Source of the DNA: the human T2T-CHM13v2.0 reference genome, Homo sapiens | Strand: one strand, 5' to 3' | Assembly (NCBI RefSeq): GCF_009914755.1 | Contig: NC_060925.1 | DNA: 64,000 nt | Part shown: in pieces, positions 49,211 through 62,794 of the stretch | How positions within the stretch are numbered: position 1 is the stretch's first letter | Layout of the letters: each line of letters opens with the position of its first letter | The notes under the pieces: generated by a model | The model's input: the letters and a program-made list of their open reading frames with translations, nothing else | The model's database searches: none | What the model was told of the DNA's origin: nothing | Translations under genes and position numbers: made by a program

Positions 49211-51671
49211 CTATGATGAGCATAACGATGGTGATTTCTCATTCTAACTGGGGCTACAAGTATACTTTTCTCTCATTTTGTCTAATGTCATAAAATGGCC
49301 GTTTCTATAACTTATTGACATTCAGATTGCTGGATTTTACCCCCAAATGAAGCTCTTTGGATATTTCCAGCAAAGGAAAAGAAGAGGAAGAAGATTTAGG
49401 AAGAAAGCAGAGGAGTGTTCACAGACATAGTAGAAAAAATAATTAATTCTTGAATTCACTCAAGAATTAGGATTCACCTTTATTAAGTATCTACCATATG
49501 CAAAATATTGTGCAGGGATGTGGAGGGTGCATATCACACACGTGTACATGCGTGTGCATGCATGTACACAGTATTGTTCCTGCCCTCAAAGAACCTATAC
49601 CCGTCTCCTCCAGGAGGCTTTCCTCGGGACTCCAAGCAAGGTTAGGATTGCTCCTCTGTTTGCTCCTAGCACCCTGCACTCACCTCCGGCACTCATGTAT
49701 TATTGGGCTTTGTAATCGCCTGCTGTCTAGAAACCAGTGAGCTTCAGGAGCTTACAAATCATGTCTTCTTGGCTTTTGTAGCACCCAGAAGTAGTTCGCT
49801 GGACAGGGCAGGACTGGACAGAGCTGGTAGAGGTTGTCTCTTTGGTGTAGATCTTCCTCTTCTTCCATTGGCTTTGGTGCCATACCTTTAGCCTTAGACC
49901 TACCTTACTTTTAGGACTAATTGTTATCCTTGACCCCTTCTTGGTTCCTCTTCACCTGTGAGCTTCTTTCTTTGCCTCTTTGATCCCACTGGAGACACTA
50001 GGCCTCACCACAAAGCCAAGAGAAAGAAAGGGCCTGTCTTCTCTCACTGGGAAGGAAGTGTAGAGGGCTCAGCTCACCCACAGCTTCTTGAGCTTCAGGA
50101 GATCAAGGCTGTGCAGGCTCTGGCTTTTGCATCCCTGGAGGTGGTCTCTCTCTTTAAGATTTCTCTGCCTATTCACTCACCTTCCACTGGGAAGAGGAAC
50201 CCAGTGTGGAGTGAAACTGGGGGCTAGGGGGAAGGTTGGCCAAAGCTTTGATCAAAGAGCTTCCCCATCAGCTGTGTTTACCTTGCTCTTTGTTCTCTGT
50301 CTCCCCAGCCAGGTTCTCAAGCACAGAGTTCTCAGGCCAGCCATTCCTGGGGCAGCAGATGGATCTAGTTCATCCCTCAGTTGAGTCTCTGCAGCTTCTG
50401 GCTTCTGTCAGTGTTCAGAACTTTGGGACTATTTGAAAGCAACCACACATTGTGTGTCTGCAACGTGTTTATGCCAAGCACAGTTTCATGCAGATGTTCA
50501 TAAACACGCTGCCAGTTACTAACCATCTTTCTGTCAGTCTGAATTGCTATTTGCTTTTCCAGTTCAAACAGAGAGGCACATACTCTGGTGACATACAGAT
50601 TCCCTAATACACGCTATCCACTAAGACATCAGCTGAGGTGCCTTCCCCCACGTTCATGCTCACACACTCTCCATGCACCCCAATGTCTTCTGCACAGACC
50701 CGCCTCATCTCTGTCTCCCTGTGTGGTTATGTTTATCCAGATCCTTCCTTTGTAATTGTTTTTGAAGCTTAGTTTTAAACCTCTCCCAAAACCACAGTGG
50801 CATGGTAGAAGGTAAGGCTGCCAAAGTTTAAAAGAGTCATGATGTCTGCTTTCCCCTTGCCTCAGGCCATCTTCTTCTTGTGGAACATTGTAATGGAAAG
50901 GTGCACGGATCTTTTTCTGCACTTGCCTGACGGCTCCTTCTGGAACATAAACAAAAAGTTCCATGGTCCATGTGGCGCCAGAGCTCTACAACAGAGGCTC
51001 ATGGTAGAGGCTATTGGATGAGCCGTGGTTAGTTTTGGACTTGGCTAGACCAGCAGGATTCCTGGGGGATGTTTTTTTGTCCTCTGTCATTGCTGAAGGT
51101 CTGATTAGAAGAACCAAGCAAAATAATGACAGCTCTTGAAATTCTGGGTTTTACTTTTCAGCTTATCCAAGTCAGTGGTGATTTGGTTTATATGACATAT
51201 TTTTTGACGAGAAATATATTCTTAAAAAGTCATTCTCTACTTCCTTCCTCCAAATCTCAGATTCTGGACCCTTGGCCCACATTGTTTTTTAATTCCCCTG
51301 CAGGGCTGGGAGGCTCAGCCGGCAATAGCCAGCACATCCAATACACCCATCATCACTACTCATCATGGAGGAGCTGGGTAAAGAGTCAACCTCTTCCCTG
51401 GGATTTATTTTATTTTATTTTTTTATTTTAAAAATATTTTTATTTTACTTTTTGTGGGTTTTAGTAGGCATATATATTTATAGGGTACATAAAATATTTT
51501 GATACAGGCATACAATACATAATAGTCACATCATGAAAAATGGGGCATCCATCCCCTCATGCATTTATCCTTTGTGTTACAAACAATCCAATTATACTCT
51601 TTCAGTTATATTAAAATGTACAATTAAATTGTTATTGACTGTAGTCACCCTGTTGTGCTATTGAATACTAG

Positions 51672-51957
<286 letters not shown>

Positions 51958-53515
51958 CTTTATTCATTCTTTCTAACTTTTTTGTACCCATTAATCATCC
52001 TCTGATTTTTAGATCCCAGAAATAAGTGAGAACATGCAATGTCTGTTTTTCTGTACCTGGCTTATTTCTCTTAATATAATGACCTCCAGTTCCATCCACG
52101 TTGTTGCAGATAACAGAATTTCATTCTTTTATTATGGCTGAAGTACTCCATATATGTACCATATTTTCTTTATTCATTCTGTTGACGGACACTTAGGTTG
52201 CTTCCTAATCTTAGGTATTGTCAACAGTGCTGTAGTAAATATAGGAGTGCAGATGCCTTTTTGAAATACTGATTTCCTTTCTTTAGGGCATCTACCCAGC
52301 AGTGGGATTGCTGGATCATATGGTAGCTCTATTTTTAGTTTTTTGAGAAAACTCCAAACTGTTATCCATAGTGGTTGTACTAAATTACATTCTCACCAAC
52401 CATGTACAAGGGTTCTCTTCTTTCTATATCCTTGCCAGCATTTGTTATTGCCTGTCTTTTGGATATTAGCCATTTTAACTGGGGTGAGATGATATTTCAT
52501 TATAGTCTTGATTCGCATTTCTCTGATGATCAATGATGTTGAGCACCTTTTCATATGTCTGTTTGCCGTTTTTATGTCTTCTTCTGAGAAATGTCTATTC
52601 AGCTTTTTGCCCTTTTAAAAATTGGATTATTAGATCTTTTCCTATAGAGTTGTCTGAGCTCCTTATATATTCCAGGTATTAATCCCTTGTCAGATGGGTC
52701 GTTTGCAAATGTTTTCTCCCATTTGTTGGGTTGTCTCTTTACTTTATGGATTGCTTCCTTTGCTGCACAGAAGCTTTTTAACTTGATGTGATCCCATTTG
52801 TCCATGTTTGCTTTGATTGTCTGTGCTTGTGGGATATTACTCAAGAAGTCTTTTCCCAGACCAATGTCCTGGACATTTTCCCCAATGTTTTTTTTAGTAG
52901 TTTCATAGTTTGAGGTCTTAGATTTAAGTCTTTAAACTATTTGGAATTGATTTTTGTGTATGGCAAGAGATAGAGGTCTAGTTTCATTCTTCTGTATATA
53001 GATATCCAGTTTTCCCAGCACCATTTATTGAAGAGGCTGTCTTTTCCCCAGTGTGTTCTTTGCACCTTTGTAAAAAATAAGTTCACTGTGGGTGCATCAA
53101 TCTGTTTCTGGGTTCTCTATTCTGCTCCATTCGTCTATGTGTCTGTTTTTATGCCAATACCATGTTGTTTTTGTTACTTTAGCTTTGTAGTATAATTTTT
53201 AGTCGGGTAATGTGATTCCTCCAGATTTGTTCCTTTTATTTTGGATAGTTTCGCTATTCTGGGTCTTTTGTGGTTGCTTATAAATTGTGCGATTGTTTTT
53301 TCTATTTCTGTGATGAATGTCTCTGGTTTTTTGATAGGGATTGTATTGAATCTGTAGATTGCTTTGGGTAGTATGGACATTTTAACAACGTTGATTTTTC
53401 CCATTAATGAACATGGAATATCTTTCCATTTTTTGGTGTCTTCTTCAATTTCTTTAATCGGTGTTTTATAGTTTTTATTATGGATGTCTTTCACTTCTTT
53501 GGTTAATTCCTAGGT

Positions 53516-55603
53516 TTTTTTTGTGAACTACAGAATTTATTAAATAAGAAGGCTATCAATTGGAACAGGAGGGAAAAAAAGTTTAAAAAAAAATCTATAG
53601 GAAAAAAGGCATTTAGTACTCGTGGCCTTCCCTCTGCGGGAGGCCGTCAGAAAGGCAGCTGGGACCTCACAGACCCGGGTGGGCTCTGCACATACTTGAA
53701 ATTCCTGAATTCTAAACTGCATTGTACAAAATGCCACTTGAAACGTCCACCAGAACCCCCAGCCAAAGACGCGCATCTGGACGGCTTCACAGCACAGAAT
53801 GTGTGACCTTGGTCCCCGTGGGTCCTGGGGGAGGACAGCAGCAGCCACGCGGTGGCCCCTGCGCACTCGGGCCATGACCGCACGGACCGCCCTCTGGGGC
53901 CACAGGAGTGACCTGGGAGCCAGAGGGAGCCCTGAGTGTCGGCGTAAGGCACAGGTCCCTGCCCAGGATCGCCGTCTCAGAGGCACATTTAGTGTTTGTT
54001 CTACTTATGAAATCAAGGACAATCAATTGTACTTATCTTACAACTGATGTTCTGGGATGGGACTGGAAAACACTGATTCCAGAACCGCTCTTTTTCTTAA
54101 AATCTTTGGCTTTTATGACAGTGTCTTCCTCATTAGAATCTGTAAGATCGCAGGAATTTCGCCAAGAAGGGCTGCATAGAAACCACAGAGGCAACTCGGC
54201 CAGGGCTGCTCCCATTGCAGTGGCCAAGAACTGGCTGAGGTCACGACACTGGACCCTTGCGATAAACACTTTACTCTGGGTAAAGACTGCATATTTAAGG
54301 ACGCAACTGCACATTTAGATCAAGCGGTGGTGATTTCAGGGCATACAAGGAGCTTCATGCTGAGAACACCCAGGGGTCCTCAAGAGTCTTCCTCCTCGTC
54401 TTTAATTTCAGAAATTCTGTTTATAGATTTAAGGATTTCAGCAACCAGATTCACTGTCTCAGCTCCGGAAACCAGTTGCTTAATGGAAGCCTGTGCGCTG
54501 TTCATGACCACCCGGAGGTTCTGCAAGGCCACGTCGGCGTTCTGCTTCACCACTGTCAGGCTGGCGCCCTGGCCGCACTGCAGGGCGTCATTCTCTCGCT
54601 GGAAGTTGGAGACCTGCGCCTGGAGCAAATTGATTTCCTGTTTCAGTTTCACGACGTGGTTTTCTGCCTTTACAGCCCGTTTGGTCATCAGCTCCAGGTT
54701 CTGCTCCACCTGCTGAACCACCGACTCCAAGTCGTGGTAGTCGCTTTCCTCCTTGATCATTTTTGCTTCTAATTTCCGCTCAAGTGTCCTCACCATTTCT
54801 GTTTGAGCTTCAGAGAAGCTCTGAACCTCATTCAGCTTTCTCCTCAGCTTAGAATTTTCATCTTTCAGTGCTTCATAACTTATCTGCAGCGTCCGCAGGT
54901 GCCTGTCTCCCAGAGACTCTCCATGAGCCGCAAAGTCTGCGCTAGGACTCCCTGCCGGAGAGGCCGGAGGCACGAGAATCAGTGCCACTCAACGCCCACG
55001 GGGGCAGAGACTGAAGCCCTGCCAGCTCCGACGGGGTGGAGAAAAAGGAAAGGTATGTGCTGCAGGGCAACGTGGCGGCAGGGACCCTCTCGGGGTGAGT
55101 CTGCTTGATGGCGGACGGCAGGTAGGCCCCACTCCATCTGGTGTCCTCATCCTCCTCCTTATCCAGGAGGTCACCGGCCCCTGTCGGGTCCTCGAAAAAT
55201 GGCTGCTGATACTCTAGGCCATACCCCCCGGTTTGGGAGGGTGAGGAGTTGTGGTCAAGTCCCAGTGAATGCCTCGAGGCTTCCTTTGCATAAATTCTGC
55301 TGGCTGGGTCCTCTTTTGACAGGCGGAGGTTCTTGGTCTTCAGAAACTCTTTAAAGAAGAATGGATTTGCCTCTTCAAGATCTTCAAATTTGTCATCGTC
55401 GGGAATGGCGAGGCTCCGGGCTCGGGACAGCGGGGTGGCGCCCGGGCGGCGCGGGTAGCCCGACATCGCCGCGGGCCCGGCGGGGCAGGACCTGCCTAGC
55501 CCGGCAGCGGCGGCTCCATGGCCCGGGCTCCGCCAGTGCCGCGGCCAGTGTAGCCGCCCCAGTCGCCCACTGCTCGGCCGCCCCCGCTCCTCCGAGCCTC
55601 TCC
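53516..55603 (-). pseudogene. ENTR1P2: Processed pseudogene of ENTR1 (SDCCAG3), probably ENTR1P2/SDCCAG3P2; pseudo-CDS 55466-54380
   Basis: ORFs 54942-55466 (MSGYPRRPGATPLSRARSLAIPD...FEDLEEANPF) and 54380-54988 (coiled coil ...KDEEEDS) match the N- and C-terminal halves of ENTR1. Intronless, GC-rich 5' UTR, 3' UTR with AATAAA (53536-53541), short A tail, degenerate TSD. Confidence 0.93.
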
Positions 55604-56244
55604 ATTTCTTAGGTATTTGATTTTATTTGTAGCTATTATTAGATGGGATTACTTTTTAAATTTCTTTCTCAGATTTCACTGTTGGCATATAGAAATGCTA
55701 CTAAAAATGCTAATTTTTGTATATTGATTTTCTGTTCTGCAGCTTTACTGAATTTATCAGTTCTAATAGTTTTTTGGTGAAGTTTTCAGGTTTTTCCAAA
55801 TGTGAGATCATATCATCTGCAAGCAAAGGTAATTTGACTTCTTCCTTTCCAATTTGGATGCCTTTTATTTCTTTCTCTTGTCTGATTGCTGTAGCTAGGA
55901 CTTCCAGTACTATGTTGAATAACAGTGATGACAGTGGGCATCCATGTCATTCTCCAGGTCTTACAGGAAAGGCTTTTTGTTTTTCCCCATTCAGTATGAT
56001 ACTAGCTGTGGGTCTGTCATACATGGCTTTTATTATGTTGAGGTATGTTCCTTCTATATCTGGTTTTTTGAGGGTTTTTATCATGAAGGGACGTCGAATT
56101 TTATCAAATGCTTTTTCAGCATCAATTAAAATGATCATATCATTTTTGTCCTTCATTCTGTTGATATGATGTATCACACTGATTGATGTGTGTATGTTGA
56201 ACTATTCTTGCATCCCAGGGATAAATTCCACTTGGTCATGATAA

Positions 56245-56545
<301 letters not shown>

Positions 56546-57088
56546 GATGAATGATCTTTTTAATGTATTGTTGAATTTGGTATGGTAGTAGTTTGTTGAG
56601 GATTATTGCACCAATATTAATCAGATATTGGCATGTAGTTTTCTTTTTTTTTTGATGTGTCTTTGTTTGGTTTTGGTATCATGCTAACCTCAGAATGAGT
56701 TTGTAAGTATTCCCTACTCGTCTATTTTTGGAATAGTTTGAATAGGATTGGTATTATTTCTTCTTTAAATGTTTGATAGAATTCAACAGTGAAGTTAAGT
56801 CCTGCGCTTTTCATTACTGGGAGACTTTTTATTATGGTTTCGATCTTGTTGCTTGTTATTGATCTGTTCAGGTTTTGGATTTCTTCATGGTTCAACCTGG
56901 GGAGGTTTTATGTGTCTAGGAATTTGTCCATTTCTTCTAGATTTTCCAATTTATTGGCATATGGTTGTTCATAGTAGCCACTAATAATCTGTTGAATTTC
57001 TGTGGTATCAGTTGTAATGCCTCCTTTTTCATTTCTGATTTTATTTGTTTGTTTATCTTCTTTTTCTTAATCTGGCTAAAGGTTTGTC

Positions 57089-57397
57089 TTTTTTTTTTTT
57101 TTTTTTTTTTTTTTTGAGACAGAGTCTTGTTCTGTCACCCAGGCTGAAGTGCAGTGGCATGATCTCGGCTTGCTACAACCTCTGCCTCCCAGGTTCAAGT
57201 GAATCTCTTGCCTTAGCCTCCCAAGTAGCTGGGATTACAGGCATGGACACCCCGCCCAGCTGATTTTTGTATATTTTATAGAGACAGGGTTTCACCATGT
57301 TGCCCAAGCTTGCCTCAAACTCCTGACCTCAAGTGATCCTCCTGCCCTGGGCTCCCAAAGTGCTGGGATTACAGGCATGAGCCACCACACCCAGCCT
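57089..57397 (-). mobile_element. Alu nested in L1
   Basis: Reverse Alu with long poly(T). Confidence 0.93.
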
Positions 57398-58210
57398 CTA
57401 TTTTGTTTAACTTTTTAAAAAACCAACTTTTTGTTTCTTTTATCTTTTGTATTGTTTTCTTCATTTTAATTTTATTTATTTCTTCTCTGATCTTTATTAT
57501 TTCATTTCTGCTACTAATTTTGGGTTTGTTTTGCTCTTGCTTTTCTAGTTCTTTAAGATGCATTGTTAGGTTGTTTATTTGAAGTTTTTCTTCTTTTTCA
57601 ATGTAGGCACTTTTAACTATAAAATTCCCTCTTAGTAGTGCTTTTACTATATCCCATAGTTTTGGTATGTTGTGTTTTCATTATCATTTGTTTCAAGAAA
57701 TTTTCAAATTCCTTCTTAATTTCTTCATTGACTGGTCATTCAGGAGCATATTGTTTAATTTGCATGTATTTGTATAGTTTCCAAAATTATTCTTGTTATT
57801 GATTTCTAGTTTTATTCCATTGTGGTCAGAGAAGATGCTTGATATTATTTCAATTTTTTTAATGTTTTAAGACTTGTTTTGTGACCTAACATGTGATCTA
57901 TCCTTGAGAATGATCCACGTGCTGAGGAGAATATGTATCCTGCAGCCGTTGGATGAAGTATTCTGTAAATATCTATGAGAACCATTTGGTCTATAGTGCC
58001 GATTAATGTTTGTTTCTTTGTTTATTTTCTGTCTGGAAGATCTGTCCAATGCTGAAAGTGAGGTGTTGAAGTCTCCAGCTATTATTGTATCAGGGCCTAT
58101 CTCTCTCTTTAGCTCTAACAATATTTACTTTATATATCTGGGTGCTCCAGTGTTGGGTGCACATTTATTCAAAATTGTTATCTCCTCTTGCTGAATTGAC
58201 TTATTTATCA

Positions 58211-58293
58211 TTTTTTTTTTGAGCGGAGTCTCATTCTGTTGCCCAGGCTGGAGTGCAGTGGTGCAATCTCAGCTGATTGCAAACTCCACCTCC
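58211..58293 (-). mobile_element. Alu 3' fragment
   Basis: Poly(T) + GAGCGGAGTCTCATTCTGTTGCCCAGGCTGGAGTGCAG. Confidence 0.85.
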
Positions 58294-58639
58294 TAAGACC
58301 CCTTAATCATTGTATAGTGACCTTGTTTGTCTCTTCTTATAGTTGTTTTTTTTTTTGAAATCTATTTTGTCTGATAGAAGTATAGCAACTCCTGCTCTTT
58401 TTTTTTTTGTTTCCATTGGCATGGAATATCTTTTTTCATCCCTTTATTTTCAGTGGATGTGTGTTCCCTGGCATTTAAGGATCTCCAGCATCTGGCTCCT
58501 ACTTGTCACTCAATGTATTGCTCACTTCTTATAACTCTTGCCTTGATTAAAATGATGCTCCTTGTTTCATATAATTTCCTGATATTCTCACCTTTCTGAC
58601 AATTCCTTTTCAATTTCCTTTTAGGGCACCTTTTCCTCA

Positions 58640-59640
58640 TAAATATCAGTTTCCCAAAAGTTTTGATGTTGGTCTTTTTCTGCCCTTTTCATCTTATGTA
58701 CGTTCTTATTTACCTGGATGGCTTTACTATAATCACCAAGTCCATATGTTTGTCTACATCTAGAAATCTCTCCTGAATTCTAGACCTGGATAATTGCATA
58801 TATTTTTGATGTCTCAATGGGCACTTCAAACTCAACTTGTCCAAAACCAAATTCAGTTTTTTTCCTTGAGCTTAGTTCACTTACTGTATTTTTAGTCTAA
58901 AAGAATGACCCACAAGCCAAAATCTGGGATTCACCCTGCGTTTCTTCCCACTCCTTACTTCTCATCTGAAATTGCAACTCTTATCCCTCCCTCTAACAAT
59001 TGCCATCTCCATCTCAGAAAATTTTATCACCATACATCCAGCTGCTCAAGACAAAACTCTTGAAGTCTCCCTGATCTCTCTCTCTCTTTCCATCATTCCA
59101 GTATCTAATCCTTCAGCAAGTCCTATCGGTTCTATCTCCAAAATTTTCCCCAAGCCTCTGTTTCTTGTTGAATGAATCCAAGTAGTCACTAGGTTCTGCA
59201 GATTCTTTTCTGTAACATCTCCATAGCTCTTCCTCCCCTCCATTGCTCTGCCCTTTATTCAGTATAGGTACTCTCCGTCCCTTGTCAAGATGACCATAAC
59301 TGCCTTCCTACTGGTCTGTCTGTCTCCAGTCTTATACCCTGTAAAGCCATATTGATTAATTCCAATGATATTTAATGGAGGGACCACTGTGCTTGGGAAA
59401 CATCTGTGATCCTGCCCTCATGGGGCTTATGTTCTGGTGGGAAAGACAGACATTCCATACTTCTAAGTATCACAAATGGTGCGAGAACCCTAGGGAACAA
59501 GAGTGTAAAAACTTGGAGAGCTAACTTAGCCTTAGGTGTCAAGCAAAGCTTTTCAGTGAAGCAAAGTTTCAGTTGAAAACTGGGGAATGAGTAAGAGGCA
59601 ATTAGGAGAAGGAGAAGGTGAGGGGAAGTGTAGGGTATCC
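58640..59640. mobile_element. L2 fragments
   Basis: GATGTCTCAATGGGCACTTCAAACTCAACTTGTCCAAAAC; CCTGCCCTCATGGGGCTTATGTTCTGGTGGG. Confidence 0.6.
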
Positions 59641-61749
59641 TAGTCTTTGGAACCGTCGGATGACAAAATGTGTGATGAGCCTCCTCCACGCTGTGAAAAG
59701 TTTGATATTTCTATCTTCTTACTTGAAAAATTTTTTTCTGTTAGAAAGTAATCCATACTCATTGTATGATATTTAAAAAATATGAGACATGCAGGAAAGA
59801 AAGTAACATTTAATCACGTTTTTCCCATTCAGAGACAAGCATTGTAACATTGAGGTGCACGTCCTTTCAGCTTTGTCTAAGCCCATATATGTTTTCGAAA
59901 TGATCTTTCTACACTAAAAATCTCATCAAATTATTTCCTTTCTTAAAAAGCCTCAGTGGCTTCTCACTGTCTAGGATTCCAGTTACCTAGCCTAATGCTT
60001 AGCAATAAATGTTTGCTGAATGTAAGGCTAATTGCATGAGTGAGCAACAGAATAAATGCTTGAGTATTCATCTCCATGCACTCTTCTTCTTTTTCCTTCC
60101 CTACTCAACAAAGCCTTGTCTTAGGTTCTGACTCTACCCAAAGCCTTCTTCAAAGGCCCCAGCTCTCATGATAACACCTATCTTTAAGCACAGATTGTAT
60201 TGCTCTTGAGGTCCTCAGCAAAGGTTAACTGCCTTAGAATTTATTTTTCTATAGTTACACTTAGAAATCTTTTGTGCTTAATTGTCTGTGGACAACATCA
60301 TGCCATTCCTTCTGCACTCCACCCTCATCTCAGGGGTTGAAAGCCGGAGAACCACATGTCCCTGAATACTTTGCTGGCAGTGTTCCCAGTTAGATTCCAC
60401 CAATGAGAGGCATTCACCTGAGATCTGGAGTAAGAAAGGCAGCAGAAGCATTTCGTCGCTCTTCTGGTTGAGGAGGCACATGTGTGGCAGAGGTTTCCTC
60501 TGAAATTTTCCTGCTTTGCTGTTGTCGGCAGCTGGAATTATCAATGGTGGCTTTCTGCAGTTCCAGAAGCTCTGGATTTTCTAAAAGAGGCAAACTTGAG
60601 TTCTGACCATTGTGCCTTTGTTCCTTTCTAGCTCATTCTGTGTTAGTGCTTCTTTCTCTTGATGCCTCACCTGAACTCCCTCATGGGCTAGAGCTATGTC
60701 CTATGCCTCTTTGTATCTCCTTATGTGGCACAGTGCTTTGCCTGGCTTAGTTCCTCAATACATATCTGCTGCTGCTGAGAAAGACAGTAACATCCAATAC
60801 TTCATTACTGTTGAAAAAATGCCTATCTTAGTGGACAGAGCTGTATCTTTCTAGTGACTTAACCTTCTCCTCTACAGTGGTTTACTGAGGATGTGTGTAC
60901 TTGTGTAATATAACAGAAGAATGTTGCAAGACAGGTGAATACCTACCAGTAACTCAGCTCACCGAAGTGATAACACTAATTTTGCAGCACAACCAACCAC
61001 CACTTGAAGAATTCACCAGTATTTATTAACCATCTATTGTGTAGCTAGAACTGCATTAGGCTTTGATGGGGTTGGATGCCGGGGGAAATTACTATAAACT
61101 TGTGTCCATCTGCTAGTGCCTAGTAGGTACCACGCATGGTGCTAGATGTTGAGATAATGTGGTCAATGAGCATGGCAGCTCTCTGCCCTCCAAGAGGTTA
61201 CAGCCTAGTAAGTTCAATGCCTGATGGGTCTTACTGAAAAGAAGTAAGGCTGGACATTCCCCATTCCACCGTTACTCTCTGTGACCCTGGCCCAGATATC
61301 ATCGAAGTCACCATGTCTACTGAGGCCCCTAGAGTTTCTAGAAGACAGGGCTGTGAACCAGGCCCTGTCTGGGGTTCTCTCCAGCATGCCAGCATTTATA
61401 GCCTCCTTGACTATTGTCAAGGTCAGCATGGTCCTTTCAGGATTGCTTTCTTCTTGCTCAGCACTTCATTTACTGCAGAAACCTGGCCTAGAAGCTCATG
61501 GCATCTGACCTTAAATATTAGGGAAAAAAAAAGAAAAGGAGAGTGGTAATGTGACTGTTGAAAGGTGGGGTTGGATGAACTTTTACAAACAGACTAGAGC
61601 AGTATTCTATGCCAGGCTGCAGGGTAGAACATATAGGGGATAGAATAACATTTAAATACTGTATTTTGAGATTTTAAGGAAAAAGGAAAGAAATATAAAA
61701 TCTACTAAGTAACTGAAGAGGTGCAGTGGTGGCCATCCCATGGGTTTAG

Positions 61750-61955
61750 CTAACGTTTACTGAGGGTTTACTGTGTGCCCAGCACTGTTCCAAGTGAGTT
61801 ATATTAATATTCATTTAATCCTCACAAAACCTGTGGGTAGGAATGTGCTACTATGATCCCCATTTGACAGGTCAGGCTACTGGGGCAGGAGAGAAGAACC
61901 TTGCCCAAGGCCACATCAATAAATGGTGGGACTGAAGTGTGAGTCTGGGTAGTTT
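61750..61955. mobile_element. MIR
   Basis: TTTACTGAGGGTTTACTGTGTGCC...CATTTAATCCTCACAA...CTTGCCCAAGGCCACA. Confidence 0.75.
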
Positions 61956-62794
61956 GATCAAAATTAGGGGAGAAATTAAGTTTCCATCTTCTGGAATTTC
62001 TCTTGGTTCATCTGAGCTAGTCTGATCTGGCTACCCAGAGAGCAAGTGCCAAAGAAATGATAATTTTAAGAGGTAGTTGTAAAGTGGGCCTGTGGGTGTT
62101 TTCCATGACTGCTGTGATCTGAGATGTTTATACTCAGGCCCCAGCAGTCACAGTTATCTCTTGGGTCTAGACATCCCCCCCGCAAATGGGTATGTGTCAT
62201 TTGATCATTGATCAGCCAGAAGCATCTTAGTGTGAATTGCCGCATCAATTCACTTTATTTTCAAGATGTGTAGCTCAGAACAGATAGATTGTAATGGAGG
62301 GCAAGGAGAGAGAAGGGGTAAGAGAAAGGGAGCAATAGGGGTTGATTTACTCAGCATCTGCTGCAGGATGTTAGGGGGCAAAAGTCCCTTCAGAAAAACA
62401 TGTGACCTTGAAACTTTAGAAGTATACCCTTGAAGATCAAGATTAAAACAAGGATAGCAGCTTTCAGTACTCCTATTCAATTTTGTGCAAAAATATAAGA
62501 ATAGAAAGGAAGGGAATCAAACTGTCATTTTCACATGATATTTTTTAGAGAAACTTGTGAAAATCTACGAAAAAGTTATTAGAATTAGTAAGGGAATAAA
62601 ACCAAAAATATAAAGTAACTTAGAATAAATCTAACAAAAGATATATTAAGATGCTTATGGAGAAACCTATAGAACCTTGCCAGTAGAAAATAAACCAATA
62701 ATATTAAATGGAGAGATAATGAAGAATAAATGGAGAGATAGCCCACATTTGCAGATAAGAAAACTTAATGTTCTGACTGGTACACCAGTGTTTC

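Noticed and set aside
53540-54318. ORFs of 80-148 aa in the retrocopy
   Set aside because: They lie in the copied GC-rich 3' UTR or antisense to it, with no protein-family signal.
55717-56169. 150-aa hydrophobic ORF on the plus strand
   Set aside because: Antisense reading of L1 ORF2 reverse-transcriptase sequence.
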